From Marsupella aquatica (taxonomy: Eukaryota; Plantae; Marchantiophyta), in the NCBI GenBank assembly GCA_973895155.1, contig OZ316893.1, positions 28,282,210-28,346,209 on the forward strand: a DNA stretch of 64,000 bases. Direction: 5' to 3'. Below are positions 36,167 through 49,315 of the stretch, in pieces. The notes under the pieces were generated by a model, which saw only the letters and a list, made by a program, of their open reading frames with translations, made no database searches and was not told where the DNA came from. Both the position numbers and the translations under genes were made by a program. How positions within the stretch are numbered: the stretch's first letter is position 1; every line of letters starts with the position of its first letter.

Positions 36167-37316
36167 TCTTCTCTCCCACTTTCACATTATGTAGGTTTAC
36201 ATCATGTGTGAAAAAAACTAGGATACAATGTATGGATTTGATAAAAAAAATCACCCCTGGTTTAGGGAACTAATACAGAGCAGGTAAATTTAGGCATGTA
36301 CTTTGGCCAGTATTTGTCCATGCAATACCCAAAATGTTGGTCTAGTGAGGTTTAGGGTCTTTTCAGTATGTTCGGAGTCCTTCTGCCGGTGCGGGGCGCC
36401 TTCATGGGGTTCCCTGCCTGCTTTGTTGCTTGCTATGACTAATAAAATTACCCTCATTAATAAGAGTACCCTCATGCACAAGGCCCAACACAAGGGTACC
36501 CTTAGGAGATAAGAATACCCTCACTGATAAGGGTACCCTCATTATCAAAGTACCATTGTTGATAAGTGTACCCATTAATTGATAAGAGTACTCTTGCTGA
36601 TATAAGAGTATCCTCATTGATAAGAGTACTCTTGCTGATATAAGAGTATCCTCATTGATAAGAGTACCCTCATACGCAAGGGTACCCTCAGCAGATAAGA
36701 GTATCCTCATTGATAAGGGTACCCTTATTGATCAAAGTACCATTATTGATAAGCGTACCCATTGATAAGAGTACCCTCACTGATAAGAGTACCCTCAAGC
36801 ACAAGGGTACCCTCAAGAGATAAGAGTACCCTCATTCACACGGGGAGCAATGAAAATAGGGATAATTGTAACCACATCCAAATGGTGACATCTTTGATAG
36901 CCATTCAAAAACATTGTCCTTCAAAACCTTGAGGACTTTAGTTTAAGAACTTTTCTAACAAAAAGTTCAAGAATATTTCATAATAAAGAATCCAATAAAG
37001 TGTAAACTTCAATTTTATGGTGTCAATTTTTTTAGATCTTCCCACACTGTAGCAAACAATTTTCTCAAGATTTTAATTCTAATTCAGTAAAAATTATAAT
37101 TCTGGTCAAATAGTACACGAACCATTTCAGATCTGAGTACCAAAATGCAGTTGTAAGTTGTAATTTTTATCATTAGATTTATGAATATTTTAACATGTAC
37201 TAGGTGGGAAGAAAGGGGGAATTTTGATGTTAAGGTACTCACCTTCATAAATCTACTATTGATTTGTCCCAAGGAGTGTACAGTTCTTTCCTTGGTCTCG
37301 CCTCAATATTTGTACA
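36167..37316 (+). repeat. Module D, copy 2 (includes 18-bp satellite 36440-36835 and TET 5' fragment 36850-37316 on the minus strand)
   Basis: TCTTCTCTCCCACTTTCACAT... to ...CTCGCCTCAATATTTGTACA, collinear with 27678-29100. Confidence 0.92.
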
Positions 37317-38410
37317 TGGTGAATTAGGATGATCCTGTCTGCTGGAATTTTATTTGTTTGCCTTATACTAAAGGTACATACCATGAAGTTAGCCCACCTA
37401 AGTTCAAGCACCTCATTCCAAGATTCCATAAAGGAGTGTTAAAGCTGCATAGATGTAACTCAATTATTGCTCAGGTCATAAAACACTATTACAGTCAAGA
37501 CAAAATCACTATGGGCTACCAAAATACGAATCCCATAACACTTTGATTTATTTATTTGGACTGTAACACTTTGACACGCCCTATTCATCCTTTTGGATTG
37601 CTCTACGCTAAAGGTGCACTAAAAGAACTGAAAGATTGGGAAAGGCAAAAAATTCATTTTCCTTTGGGCCTTTGTATGCCCATTTGTATGTCATTCCGGA
37701 AGTACTAGGGTTAGGGAGGGGTTTTCTAACTAAGGAATCTTAATTACCTGCATCTTGTGGGCTGAGATTTTAGCTTTTTGTCATATCCCAATCCGACACA
37801 CTATGAAATTAGCCTGCCTGAGTTCAAGCTTAGAGGTGTGCAGGATTACACAATTCCAATATTTGGCTCCTGCTCTACACCAAAGGCACACTGAAAGAAT
37901 GGGAAAGGGTGGAGCCGTGGCTCCTTGTGTGGCTCCCACTCTATGCTAGAAAGGAAAATGTCGCAATGGGAATTTATGTCATACAGAGGTGTACTGAAAG
38001 AAAGGGAATGGGCAAAAAATTCCTTCTCCCTGGGCTTGTGTATAACATTCTAGACACACTGGATGGGTCTCCTCAAGAATGTAAGTACCTAGGCTGGTGC
38101 AAGGGGAGAGAGCATTGGTGGTAGATTAAGAGCTTCGAATATATGTATTCATGAGGACACAAAAAGTATTGTTAATTTGGTCTTGCTTCCTATTGGCTAA
38201 GACCAATTCAAGCATGGAAGCCTTAATTAGGGACACTTGTACTTAGTTAGTGCCCGCTTCTTGTTAGGTGATTCATAGGAATCCACATTATTATCCCTCT
38301 AGAGCAAATCTTTGGTGACGGCTTGGATCATAGAATAAGCGTGAATATTATACTGTAGTTAAACATAATTGTACAGATTGAATAGTTAAACATAATTGTA
38401 CGGATTGAAT

Positions 38411-38900
38411 CACACTAGATTTATTGCAAAACATAGCTACGTGTCTCTAGATCTAGTTCCCCTACAATTGTTTTTAGTTGAACCAAGGTTGATGGGTAGG
38501 GACAGTACATGGGTTCCTGCGTGCATAGACTTTGTGGATCTTCCTCCAAGTGGTGGATTTCATTTGTGCCTATCACCATAGTAACCGGATATCTGGACTC
38601 AAATGCATTTTAGCATTTTGAGCAATGGATGTTAATTACTTGGTGTTATTGACATTGTACACCAGATTTATTACTGTACATGTCTATGTGCCTCTGGATC
38701 TAGTTCCCTACAATTCTTTCTAGTTGAACCCAAGGTTGACAAGTAGGGACAGTGGGTTCATGTGTGCATAGACATTGTGAATTTTCCCGGGGAAGTGGCG
38801 GATTTCATTCGCGCCAATCACCATAGCACCCGAATATCCGGACTCAAATGCATTTTAGCATTCTTGGTGATGAATGTTAATTACTTGGTGTTATTGACAC
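38411..38900 (+). repeat. About 245-bp tandem duplication upstream of the Myb gene
   Basis: AGATTTATT...GATCTAGTTCCC...GGACTCAAATGCATTTTAGCATT...GTTAATTACTTGGTGTTATTGACA occurs twice. Confidence 0.85.
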
Positions 38901-39069
38901 TATTGTAATGGGCTCGTAGACTATTGTAAGAACCTGGGGAGCACGACCATTCTCATTGTCACCACAGTCTAGCATGACATTTGTCTACATATCAAACTGA
39001 TATCAAACCAAGATAGTGTGCCACCAGAGGTTTGGTGTACATGCCTACTAGTGGGAAGAAGGGACAACG

Positions 39070-42000
39070 ATGTCTTCCAAGCCTATGGCGATGCCAACAT
39101 TCTATTTTATCCCACCACTTGTGGTGACGACATTGTGTCAAGCGCGACATTCAGAATATCTTCAGCACAATGGGCTTGCAGATTTTGTTTTGGGAGTTCG
39201 TTGGGACACTAAGAGTCATTCTAAGTCTGACATGATAGATTTCATCCGGAACTTTGACAGTGAACAATCTGAAACATGGGTTTGTGGGGGAAGAATAGAC
39301 TTGAGTTTGGATTCTATCAAGAAGACATTCAAGTTGCAAGGGTCAGGGGAGCCATTTGAGCAAAAAGCAGTTCGATATAATCCAAGGTCATTCGCAGGGA
39401 TTAAAAGGAACAGCAATGGTTCTTACTCATTGCAATATTGCAAAGATTCCCTAATCAGAGAGAGGCTAGAGTTTCAATTGGGGGCTCTTCACTTTAAGGG
39501 GAGCAGGGCCGATGTGTCTTTGTGCCAGATAAAGCAAGTTGAAGAAACAAGTAGTAGGAAGAATTGGGGAGAATATCTTGGCGGGAGACTGATCGACCTC
39601 CTCTGCAGAGCCCGGAAACAAATCTCCGAAGGTAACATGACTTGCACTTACAATTTTGGATCCCATCTGCAAATTCTGTTGAGTGAGAAGTCCCCTTCAA
39701 TTGTGTCTTTGCCAAGGCCACAAGTATTCCATTGGAAAACATCTACTCAAGTGGGTGTGGAGCATCATGGAGTGGAAAACCACGGGATGGAGGAGAACTG
39801 CACAGGACAAAAACATCTCACAATGCATCTGCAAATTGTGAACGACGATGATGCAATGTCAGGACATGCGAAAGGAACTGTTGTTTCTAGTGTGCATGAG
39901 GGTGATCCATGTAGCAGTGGAGGACTTCTCGGGCTATTCTCAACTAGTGGAGCAGAGCCGCAAGGTCAGCAAGATGGTTCTTTTGTGAACGGACACCAAG
40001 ATGGTTCTTTGTTCAATCGAGCTTGTGACAATGAGATGGTGACAAAGGTTGGGATAATCCACGAAGATCATGCAACGTCCATGAAGACATTGAGTCTTCA
40101 AGAGACAGAACCTCTGTCGGGGGGTAAAGAACATGAAATATCAGGGAAGACATTGGGCGAAGCGGAAGCAACACCTGGAACAGAGGATAGAGAACAGGAA
40201 AAATTGAAGACAAAATTTGGTATCGAGTTGACAACAACTGGTACGGAGTTGCTGGAGCACTCTGACATATTCACACTAAAGAATGTATTCCCCTTGAGCA
40301 TTTCAGAAGCTTCAAAAACAGTCAGATCTTGTTGTACATCATGCCTGTGCTTGATGGAGGTTGTAGGTGAGTTGAAAATAGAGAAAGAGCGCCAGAAAGA
40401 CTGGAATGAGAAGATGACAACCACCTTGGAGTTACAGACAGAGAGGAACGAAACAATACTGACCAACTTGAGGATGCAAGTAGAGGCAAACAACACAATA
40501 GGTGTCAAGTTGGAGCTACTCCTACAGAGGAATGAAATGATGGTGACCACCTTGGCCGCAGTTCGTAGGGATGTGGATACTTTGAAAGACAAGTATGAAA
40601 GTGTTGCCGAGGAAGTCCGAGTTGAGCTTCAGGTATTTATTTGGATCAACCTTGGGTAACTTAGCTCATGATTCTCTCCCTTCCCCTCCTCCTCCAAAGG
40701 ATTGTTTTCTTAAATGTCTTATTAAATAGTTGGTTTAATTTGCACCGCTCGATGGAGTGGTGCACAAAAAGTTTGGGATTTTTCCATTGGTTTTGTCCCG
40801 CACTCACAGGCTAGGAGACAGATGCATTGTTTTAACAATGTTTGGGCCTTGTCTTCTCTCACTAGCTATCAGATTTGGTAAAAAGTTGGGACTGATTTGT
40901 TGTTTGCTGCAAGTCATTGTGAATATACATATTGTGGTGGAGAAATATAATTTCCGTTAATTGGATGGTTGTATTTGCAGTCTAAATTGGATCACTATAG
41001 AAAAAGGCGGGTGGAGATTGGAACAGGTAAAGAGAATTTGATAGATGAGAATGAAGGAGCTCCTTTGGAGGTGGCCAACCAGCAGATCATGGCGCCTGTA
41101 TTGTTGCCAAAGCAGGCATCCTCCCAACCAGTGTATGGTATGTAGTGCTCACCAATGTCATAGTTCAACTCATATGTAGTCTTACAGTTTGACCAAAATT
41201 GCACTAGAACTAGCATTGATTAGTTCAGATTGATAGTGTATAGAGTAGTTTCAGACTCCTAGGTCTTTGTATGTGCTGTTGATGGAGAATTGAAGTCTCT
41301 AATGTGGTGTTTTTTTTGTGACAGAGGTGAGCACAGAGGTTAATATGCTCAACAGAGGAATTACTACTAGCAAAATGCAACAATCATCAAATGAAGTCCA
41401 ACACCTAATTCATCCGGAAGCACAGAGATTAGTTGAGCTTCCAGCCCCACAGAGTGAGAATTACAAAGGCATTTGTGATATGGGGAAGAACTTAGGGAGA
41501 AAACGAATTACAGATTTGCTAAATCCTCCTTCTCGATCCCTAATCACCCCGTTCCAATCCAAAGACAAAGCAGAGGAGGGCAATCTAGCAACTTCGAGTG
41601 CCAAGGTGAGGTGGTCCGCAGGAAACTTCTTGTTTTTAATCATTGGTGACAACAACATCTATCTTGTACAGTATGGAAGATGTACTGTATTTTGTAATGT
41701 TTGCAATCCTTGCTGGAGTATTACAAATTGGATGTCTTTGCAGGGCCCAGGGAAGGAGGATACGTCCAGCCCGTCATCTAAGAGGTTGAGGCTGCATCAA
41801 GATTGTATTGGAATACAAAATTCCAAATTGATCACCCGGGCAGTCATGAAAGAAGGCCCCAATGGTCTAATACGTGTTCGTAGGGCAACTAAAAGGTGGT
41901 CTAAAGAGGAAACAAATTGTCTCAAACAGGCAGTCCGCAGGCAAGTAGAGAACCTATGACTTATCAATCAAAATGCATTGACGTAATATCTTACCTAGCT

Positions 42001-42286
42001 GGTATTAATTGGTGTTTTTCTCTAAGAACAAGAGGTTTTCTAAGCCAAGGTTAATTTCAGGTTTGGACCAGGCAAGTGGAGTCGAATTCTTGCTGCCGAG
42101 GGTGCACACTTCATTGACCGGTCTGAAGTAAGTCTTCTACGGTTATATCCTGCTTTTTGTATTACTGTATTTACCCTTGCACACAAAACAAATTGCATGC
42201 TCATCTATCATGTTTTATTGACTTTGACACAGATTGATCTGAAAGACAAGTGGCGAAACCTTCAAACAAAAGATTTAAAGGATTAA
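39070..42286 (+). CDS. PMD/Athila-ORF-like domain + coiled coil + C-terminal telobox (TRF-like) Myb protein, 6 exons
   Basis: Exons 39070-40632, 40981-41137, 41325-41605, 41744-41940 (GC donor), 42061-42127, 42233-42286. The spliced C-terminus reads KRWSKEETNCLKQAVRRFGPGKWSRILAAEGAHFIDRSEIDLKDKWRNL (telobox signature LKDKWRN). Confidence 0.85.
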
Positions 42287-42586
42287 AGGACCATAGGGCG
42301 GGACCATACCCTGTGTCAAGCCTCGAATGAGTGAATGCCACCAAGGAGTGAAATTTCTCATGGTCGTGCAAGTACGGATGGATGAGGGAGATGAAAGCAA
42401 AGTTTGTGGAAGAGGAGGAAGGGAGCATGCATTTAGGGTCAAAGGAAGGTTGAGACCCCCTCATTCATTCATTGAGCAATCAGAAAATCCCTACCTTCAT
42501 CGTTAGTGATGAAGAGATTGGCTTGCAAATGACTGATAAGTGGACAAAAATCTCTTCCTTCTAGTTAAGTTGTCGACAATGGCTTC

Positions 42587-42589
<3 letters not shown>

Positions 42590-42637
<48 letters not shown>

Positions 42638-42647
42638 AGAGAGAGAG
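42590..42647 (+). repeat. (GA)n microsatellite
   Basis: Read directly; one CT interruption. Confidence 0.95.
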
Positions 42648-45600
42648 GTCCAACTGGCCAAGATTAAGAAAGGGCCTGTTAGTCTAGAGGACAGCTATTG
42701 AACTACATTTTGGAGATTAATTACATTCATTTGAAGATTTTTGGCTGATCTTTGAGAGAACTTAGTGTTATAAGTTGGTCTGGACACACATTCTTGGTTG
42801 TGTGCTTGTGCAACATTATTGTAAATAATGTGTTCCATGTCCTGATGTTCATTTAAGTTGAATACACAGTTTAAATTGAATGATGCAAGTCAGAGCAATG
42901 AACAAATTTGATCGGGAAGTGACATAGAAAGCCATAAACTTTTGTACTAGATCTCTTCGGATGAGAGTACCAAACAAGAGTGCCAATAGGGCGTGTCAAA
43001 ACACAGCCATAAGCCCTGTCCACTGTCAGTCCCTCTTTCAAATAGCCGTAAAACAAAGTTACGGGAATTTTAAGGGCAGAAGTTGATCAGGTACTTTGAC
43101 ACGTCCTGTAAGAACTAGTTATGGGGTAGAAAAGAATCTTAAGGATGGTGACAAAGTTGCAGGTGTCATCACCATCGCAGGCTGTCAATGAGTCTTCAAG
43201 AGAGATTTTTGGTCTTAGCAACAAAGTAAATGTAGTGGCAATCAAATCCAGAATAGAAAGCGTTGGCCAGAATCAGAACAGCAGAAATTTGGACGGCGCA
43301 TCGTCGTAACTTTTGCCACTGTGTTGAACCTAGGAATTTAATAACTTCTGAGACAATTGAGCGCCTCGAAACTATTTCGACAGGGGCGTAGTCACAATTC
43401 TGCACTCAAAGCTAAGAGAGACTCTGAAATTAAGCACTCAAAGCTAATAGAGACACCAACATTGAAGTACAGATGAGTAAAAAACAGTAGTTGTTCAATT
43501 GCGCTTGCACAGAGATTAGCATTTTAGTTTCATGTGATGTGCAATAGATTGTTACATGTGGGGATTTGTCACCAACATACTTCTAAAATCAAATCCATTG
43601 TTTGAAAGTCTGTTAAAATGAGCAAAGGACATCCAAGAGCAAGCAATTTCTATTCCCCGTAGAATCTCGGTTTCAGAACTGTTTGTTCTTTGTCAAAACT
43701 AAATTCATGTAATATGGAAGAACAAGTAGCAAACAATTAGAAGAATTCCTTGCTCGAGAGTGCCTGTAGAACAATTTTGGGAGACAACCATCCATCACCA
43801 CAATTCACAGCTCGATGTAGCAGCCATGTCGGTGAGCTTGCTCGCCGTCACCTATGCGGCTCTCATCATTAAATAAGATTGGAGGGAATCTCTTCCTCAC
43901 CCCAATAGTGCATTGACTACGAATTCAGGACAAACAGCAACGATATTGATGAATGTGGACCTAAGTGTGATGCCCAGATGGATTTCATCAAGAATTTCAG
44001 AGGAGCTGCCCAAATTCGTGAGTGGGGAAAATACACTCAGTTCACCCCTCATTCCATCATTGGGATCATCGTAGGGGCCACTTATGCCGGGTAGGCTTTG
44101 CACTAGTGACTAGTGCCGGGGCGACTTCTCTTAAAACAGATGGTCTTCACCCTACGGACATAAAACTTTATGATGTATGAGACTTGCGGGGCACCTTTGT
44201 AGGTACCCCATAAGAAGTTACTTCCAAGCCATAAAAGTGATTTATGTCCTAAGCTATAACTGAGTTACGGCTGGGCTTTGATGCCCTAATAGAGTCTAAA
44301 CAAGAGATTTCAGTATATGCATTAGAGTCTTACAGCTTGTTGTTTTGAGGAGATACCATAATATTTCAAATTTTAAAGATAGTGCATTGGAGCTAAAAGA
44401 GTATTTGGAATTAGTTCGTGGGCCCCCTAGTTACATTTTTTAGGCCTTGTTTGAGTATAATTAATGTATGTAATATTTACTCTAACTCAAGTTGTCAAAG
44501 GCTATTATTTATGGTCAAAATTTTTATGGTATCGTAGATTGTTATGATAAGATAATTTTACAAATTTTAGTGAAAATATAGGAGAAATTAATTACCTCAT
44601 CCAAAGTGATGTGATTTTTGCAATCTTCTGCATAATATATGACCAGGAAAATAAGGGCTTTTAGCTTGAGTTTTGAGAGTCTAATATGGTCCATAATGTT
44701 ATGCTAGCATACATTAAACTACTAATTGAGTAGAAATTAAGCTTTCTAGTACATATATTAAAATAAACAACTAATTGAGAGGAGTGGAATTATAACACAC
44801 TTCTTCATGAAACATATATTTGAGATATAATATAGTTATGAATAATATATAGTAGTGCAAACTATCTAAGTAATGAAAACTATTCTAGATTAGGTGGCTT
44901 GCGGAAAGATCCCCTAGATTGAGAGTCTATCCTTTGGTCATATAGTTTGTTCTTTTTTAGTTCAATCTCCTTTTTTATAAGTTGTGTGTAATGTGTGACC
45001 CCCTAATAGTGTTGCAAAGAGAGATAATAAAGCATAATTAATGATTAACAAGTCATGATTTATATATTAAAGTATTGTCTAAGTACAACTAGGTTAACTG
45101 TCAGAAACTTTTAACGGTTTGTACGTTGTGTGGGGTGTACCCAACTTCATGAGATATAGGACAAAAGGGTGGCCGACAAGAAAATGAACAGTGTCAGGAT
45201 TGTACCCTCTCCATTCAAGCGAATATCATCACAAGAGGGATTGTACCCTCAGTCTCCATTCAAGAGAAGAAGAGTCATCATTGCTTGGATACAGAAGGAA
45301 CTGGAACAAGGGAAGCTATTGCTCCAAGACATAGGAGGAAGAGGATTCAAGCACCATAAAAGGAAAGGCACTAAGACACTAAGACCACCGTCCGCTATTC
45401 AATTGACCGTGCCATTGTTGAAACCACTTCAATCTATGAGACCAACATGTTTGCCAAGTATATTAGAGTTTTCACAGTGCGAGCGCCCCATTGAAATCTT
45501 TAGGAAGGAAGGATGTTCCGAATGTTTGCGAAGTGGATAAGTTGACTGAACTACCTTCATTTGTAAAGATTTCACAATGACATCTCCAAATCAAACCCGA

Positions 45601-45685
45601 GTAGAGGTCCCTCCAGCCAAAAATAAACAACCTCGATCAACTCCAGAAGAAAGATTGAGGAACTCAATCTCTGAGGTGGCTTTCA

Positions 45686-48600
45686 TTGAAGAATACAAAG
45701 AGATATTTGAAAGGGCTCGATGCTATGGGCTTGTCCGAATTGATAGGTTTGTATCAATTGATCGTGCTTGTCAGCTTTTACAAAGATATTGTGGATGTCA
45801 ATTTTGCAGATACTGGAGTGTTTATCACATACAGAGCACAAGCCTACCGCATCCCCAACAAGGAATTAGCGACTTTGTTTGGGATTTTCGCCCCAGACAG
45901 CCTACCAGCTGACTATCCAATTGAGGCACTTACGGGAAGAGAGATGAGTGCCTTCCTAAAACAAGGAGGAGAGCTCCAGCATGAGAAGAAGGTCCAATAT
46001 GGCGTTATGACAAACCAAGAGGTCCGCAAGTATGTGGAGTTCTTTACTAAATGGGTAATCCTCAAGAGTGGGTACCATTATGTAACGCCAGAGCAACTAT
46101 CAGTTGCCAAGAGAGTATTAGATGGAACTCTTCACCCATTGCTGATATGGAAGCGCAACCTTGCAAGTGTTATAACCAGGAAGGGGCTACCATTGTTTCC
46201 GTCAATTTGTGCATATGTATTAAGCGTAGTGATGGACCACGCCCTCACTGCCGATAGGATCACAACCGCGGTCACAATAATCTCCTTGCAGGACAGCGAT
46301 TCAGAGGAGCGAGAGGAGGCAAACCAGGAGGAAGAAGAAAAGGAGGAGTCGGAGAGCGAGGATGGGGAAGAAGATAATCCGAGACTCTATGCCCCAAATG
46401 GATCCCTGGTCTCGGGCCTGGTCTCAAGCAGTGCAGATGAAGTGGACAATTCTGATGAAGAAGGCGCACAAGGATTACGCACATTGAGGATAAAGGGGAA
46501 TGCGTGTGTTAAGTCCTTGAAAAGAAAGAAAAGGAGAGTGATAATCCCGGTCGAAGAGGAAGAAGAAGCTATGACATCCACTGCCCAATCTGATTATGTA
46601 TACCATCAACCAGTGTTGACAGAGTTGTTATCAAATGTTGTTCTGTCTGAACTCACCTCCTTTGAGCAGAGGATGAAGTTTATTAATCGACCCTTCCCTG
46701 TAGGAAGTGACAAGCGTTTGTGGTTACATCAAGCCAAGGAAGTGTGCGGGTTGGCCCACATTTGTGCACTCGAAGCAGAAACTGGGGTAAGAGAGAGAGA
46801 AAAGGCAAAGCAGCAGGAAGAAGATCTGTTCATAAGTGCCAACACCAACCTTAAGCTCCAAGAGAGGATTGAGAAGTTGGAGAGTTTGCTGAAGGAAAAC
46901 AAGGAGATGGTGAGACTCCTCAATGAGAAGGTGGAGATACGAGAACAAATGTTGCATGAGCAGGAGATGAAGTCCCAAGAAAAAGAGGCAAGGATTACTT
47001 TGCTGATAGAGGAAGTGACAACTGTCCGGAAGGAAGCAGAGAAGCAACACGCTCAGAATACCACAAAGGCAGAAGAATTGAGTCGGTATGTAGCTGCCTT
47101 TGAAGAAGAGGGCAGAGAGTTGAATGCACAATTGAAGGAGGCCCAAAAAGCGAGCAAGGAGGCTTCAGGCCAATATGAAGAAGAAAAGGAGAAGCGGCTG
47201 CAATTAGAAGATGAATTTGCTAAAGTGCGCCATACTCACTCTCAATGTGCAGGTCATACCTCTCAGATGATAACAGTGATAGAGAAGTCGCTAAAAGAAA
47301 CTACCCAGCAGCTCACACTGACTTTTGAAGCGTTACAAAAGTTGGAGCAGCAAAACCTGGAGAGGGTGGAGTATATCCGAACATTGGAATTAAGTGCCAA
47401 GCAGAGAGAGAAGGAGAGAAAGAAGTGGTTGGGTGAAATAGCCCAGCGAGAGTTGGTGCAATGTAATTCTAAGGATGTTCGGATACCACGACATGCTTAT
47501 GATGCTTGGGAACTTCGAGTGCAAGAGTTGAGAGATGAAGCAAAGAAAGCCACCAAGTTATTGGATGGGGCTTTGAAAGACCCAATAAACAAACAACGAG
47601 TTGAGATCCTGAAAAAGATCAGCATCAACCACTGGACCACAATGTCTGGAGAGCAGAGTGATGGCTGGCATCCGATTGAGGTTGATGAAGCCCTCGGACT
47701 AGAAACCCTTCGGATAATTTTGGCCAGTGCAGAGGTAAATAAAAGGGACATCAGACCTGGAGATTGGGATCAGATTTGGGATGAAGTCCCCATAAGGATT
47801 AGATTCATGCTGCCTTTTTTTGAGTGGTCTGGACATATTAATGTACAATTACCTGAGGATTTGTCTTATAGATTAGGAGGTCGGGCTAACAGTCGAATAG
47901 CTCAATTCATGCTGTCGGAATTAGAAAGGGAGCATCCTCAAAATGAAACTTTTATTGCACTTAAAGCAATGGCTAATATGGTTCATGAGGGATTAGCACA
48001 GAGGGATAACCAGAGAAAATGTTGTCTAGATGTTTATAGTAAGTTATATGAGTTGTTGCCCTTGATATTGAAAACGTGGGCTGCTCGGGAAGTACGGATC
48101 AATTGTGGGAAGTATACACTTCCCCGACTCATCACATTTTTGGAGGCTGCCCAGTGGAAGAAGATGGAGAGGGACGGGGTTACTGTCGCATTCAACCCAT
48201 TTTTCACCTCTGACATAGTAGTATCTGATGATTGGATGAGTTTCAATCTACCAATTGCACCTGAGCTTAGTCACTTGGCAATGAGGTTCTTTTATGAATT
48301 GAGGCGTGACCCAGCGGTGGTGGCTCGTCAAGGGGGTTACTTTAGAAATGATGTATACCCCTTTAACCCCGAAGATGTATCTTTGGTTCACTTGGAGAAA
48401 AGTAGTTATTGGGAAGCAGTGACTCCCACGGAAGTAGTTATTACATGGTTAGAGCTAGGTGTGTATAATTATAATATTGGGAAGTACTTTGGTCCCGCTT
48501 TGCTTTGGGGATATCATGATCCACCACAGGATTACCAAGTGCAAGAGGGAGATCAAATAGAAGGACAGGATGGAATAGCTGTTATGTACGAAGCGACCCC

Positions 48601-49315
48601 CACTTACTTTTCTATCTGGCAGCACCATCCAAGTATCCGGATACTAATGACACCTAGTTACAGGAAAAATCAGCAGATAAGTTTTTTGGAGCAGATCGAG
48701 AAATGGTTGTGGAGTGTCCATCACATTGAAACATACAACAACATGCTCAAGGATCCTCGGTATTTCAAATGGTACTGCTTCACAAGAACATTATACGAAG
48801 TTGTGGGAAGGTCAGGCAAGAAAGCAGATGTCCGCATCTCAGTTACTGGAGAGATGGAGGATGGTGGTCTAGATTTGTGGAAATTATTTAGTCGAGCAGG
48901 GCCTTCGGCTGCTAGGATGTACAATTTGATGGTGGCAGCTGGGTTTCTGAAAGGTGAGCTGCCTATGTTAAGATGGGGAAGTGCTGCAGGTGTCAGTAAG
49001 TCCTACCTCATTACTCAATCCCTAGAAGAAGGGGACATTGATGATGAATTACAACTTTCAGACAAGCGAGGACCTGGTGTGTATAAACTGTACAATGAGG
49101 AAGGTATTATGGTCGAGGAAACCCCCGGACAGAGAGAGGAGAGACAAATGGCATTTAGGAATGACATGAGTAAGAGAAGATGGGCTCAGTGTCATGCAAG
49201 ACAAGAGCAAGTAGATGAAGACCGGGAAGCTCGATATGCTGCACTTGATCAAAGGGACAACACGACCTCGGAGCGAATTCACTTTGATATGTTTACTGAT
49301 TACAATTACAGTTAG
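45686..49315 (+). CDS. 1209-aa TE-associated protein: PMD/Athila-ORF-like N-terminus, acidic linker, coiled coil, unassigned globular C-terminal half
   Basis: Long intronless ORF with LDAMGLSEL...YRIPNKELATLFGI, an E/D-rich tract and E/K/Q heptads. The start codon is uncertain (TTG; an overlapping ORF begins at 45577). Confidence 0.7.
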   Translation: MKNTKRYLKGLDAMGLSELIGLYQLIVLVSFYKDIVDVNFADTGVFITYRAQAYRIPNKELATLFGIFAPDSLPADYPIEALTGREMSAFLKQGGELQHEKKVQYGVMTNQEVRKYVEFFTKWVILKSGYHYVTPEQLSVAKRVLDGTLHPLLIWKRNLASVITRKGLPLFPSICAYVLSVVMDHALTADRITTAVTIISLQDSDSEEREEANQEEEEKEESESEDGEEDNPRLYAPNGSLVSGLVSSSADEVDNSDEEGAQGLRTLRIKGNACVKSLKRKKRRVIIPVEEEEEAMTSTAQSDYVYHQPVLTELLSNVVLSELTSFEQRMKFINRPFPVGSDKRLWLHQAKEVCGLAHICALEAETGVREREKAKQQEEDLFISANTNLKLQERIEKLESLLKENKEMVRLLNEKVEIREQMLHEQEMKSQEKEARITLLIEEVTTVRKEAEKQHAQNTTKAEELSRYVAAFEEEGRELNAQLKEAQKASKEASGQYEEEKEKRLQLEDEFAKVRHTHSQCAGHTSQMITVIEKSLKETTQQLTLTFEALQKLEQQNLERVEYIRTLELSAKQREKERKKWLGEIAQRELVQCNSKDVRIPRHAYDAWELRVQELRDEAKKATKLLDGALKDPINKQRVEILKKISINHWTTMSGEQSDGWHPIEVDEALGLETLRIILASAEVNKRDIRPGDWDQIWDEVPIRIRFMLPFFEWSGHINVQLPEDLSYRLGGRANSRIAQFMLSELEREHPQNETFIALKAMANMVHEGLAQRDNQRKCCLDVYSKLYELLPLILKTWAAREVRINCGKYTLPRLITFLEAAQWKKMERDGVTVAFNPFFTSDIVVSDDWMSFNLPIAPELSHLAMRFFYELRRDPAVVARQGGYFRNDVYPFNPEDVSLVHLEKSSYWEAVTPTEVVITWLELGVYNYNIGKYFGPALLWGYHDPPQDYQVQEGDQIEGQDGIAVMYEATPTYFSIWQHHPSIRILMTPSYRKNQQISFLEQIEKWLWSVHHIETYNNMLKDPRYFKWYCFTRTLYEVVGRSGKKADVRISVTGEMEDGGLDLWKLFSRAGPSAARMYNLMVAAGFLKGELPMLRWGSAAGVSKSYLITQSLEEGDIDDELQLSDKRGPGVYKLYNEEGIMVEETPGQREERQMAFRNDMSKRRWAQCHARQEQVDEDREARYAALDQRDNTTSERIHFDMFTDYNYS

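Noticed and set aside
27678-37316. LTR or DIRS retrotransposon bounded by the D repeats
   Set aside because: No gag, RT or RNase H inside, no TG...CA ends or PBS, and D is continuous with module C in two other copies.
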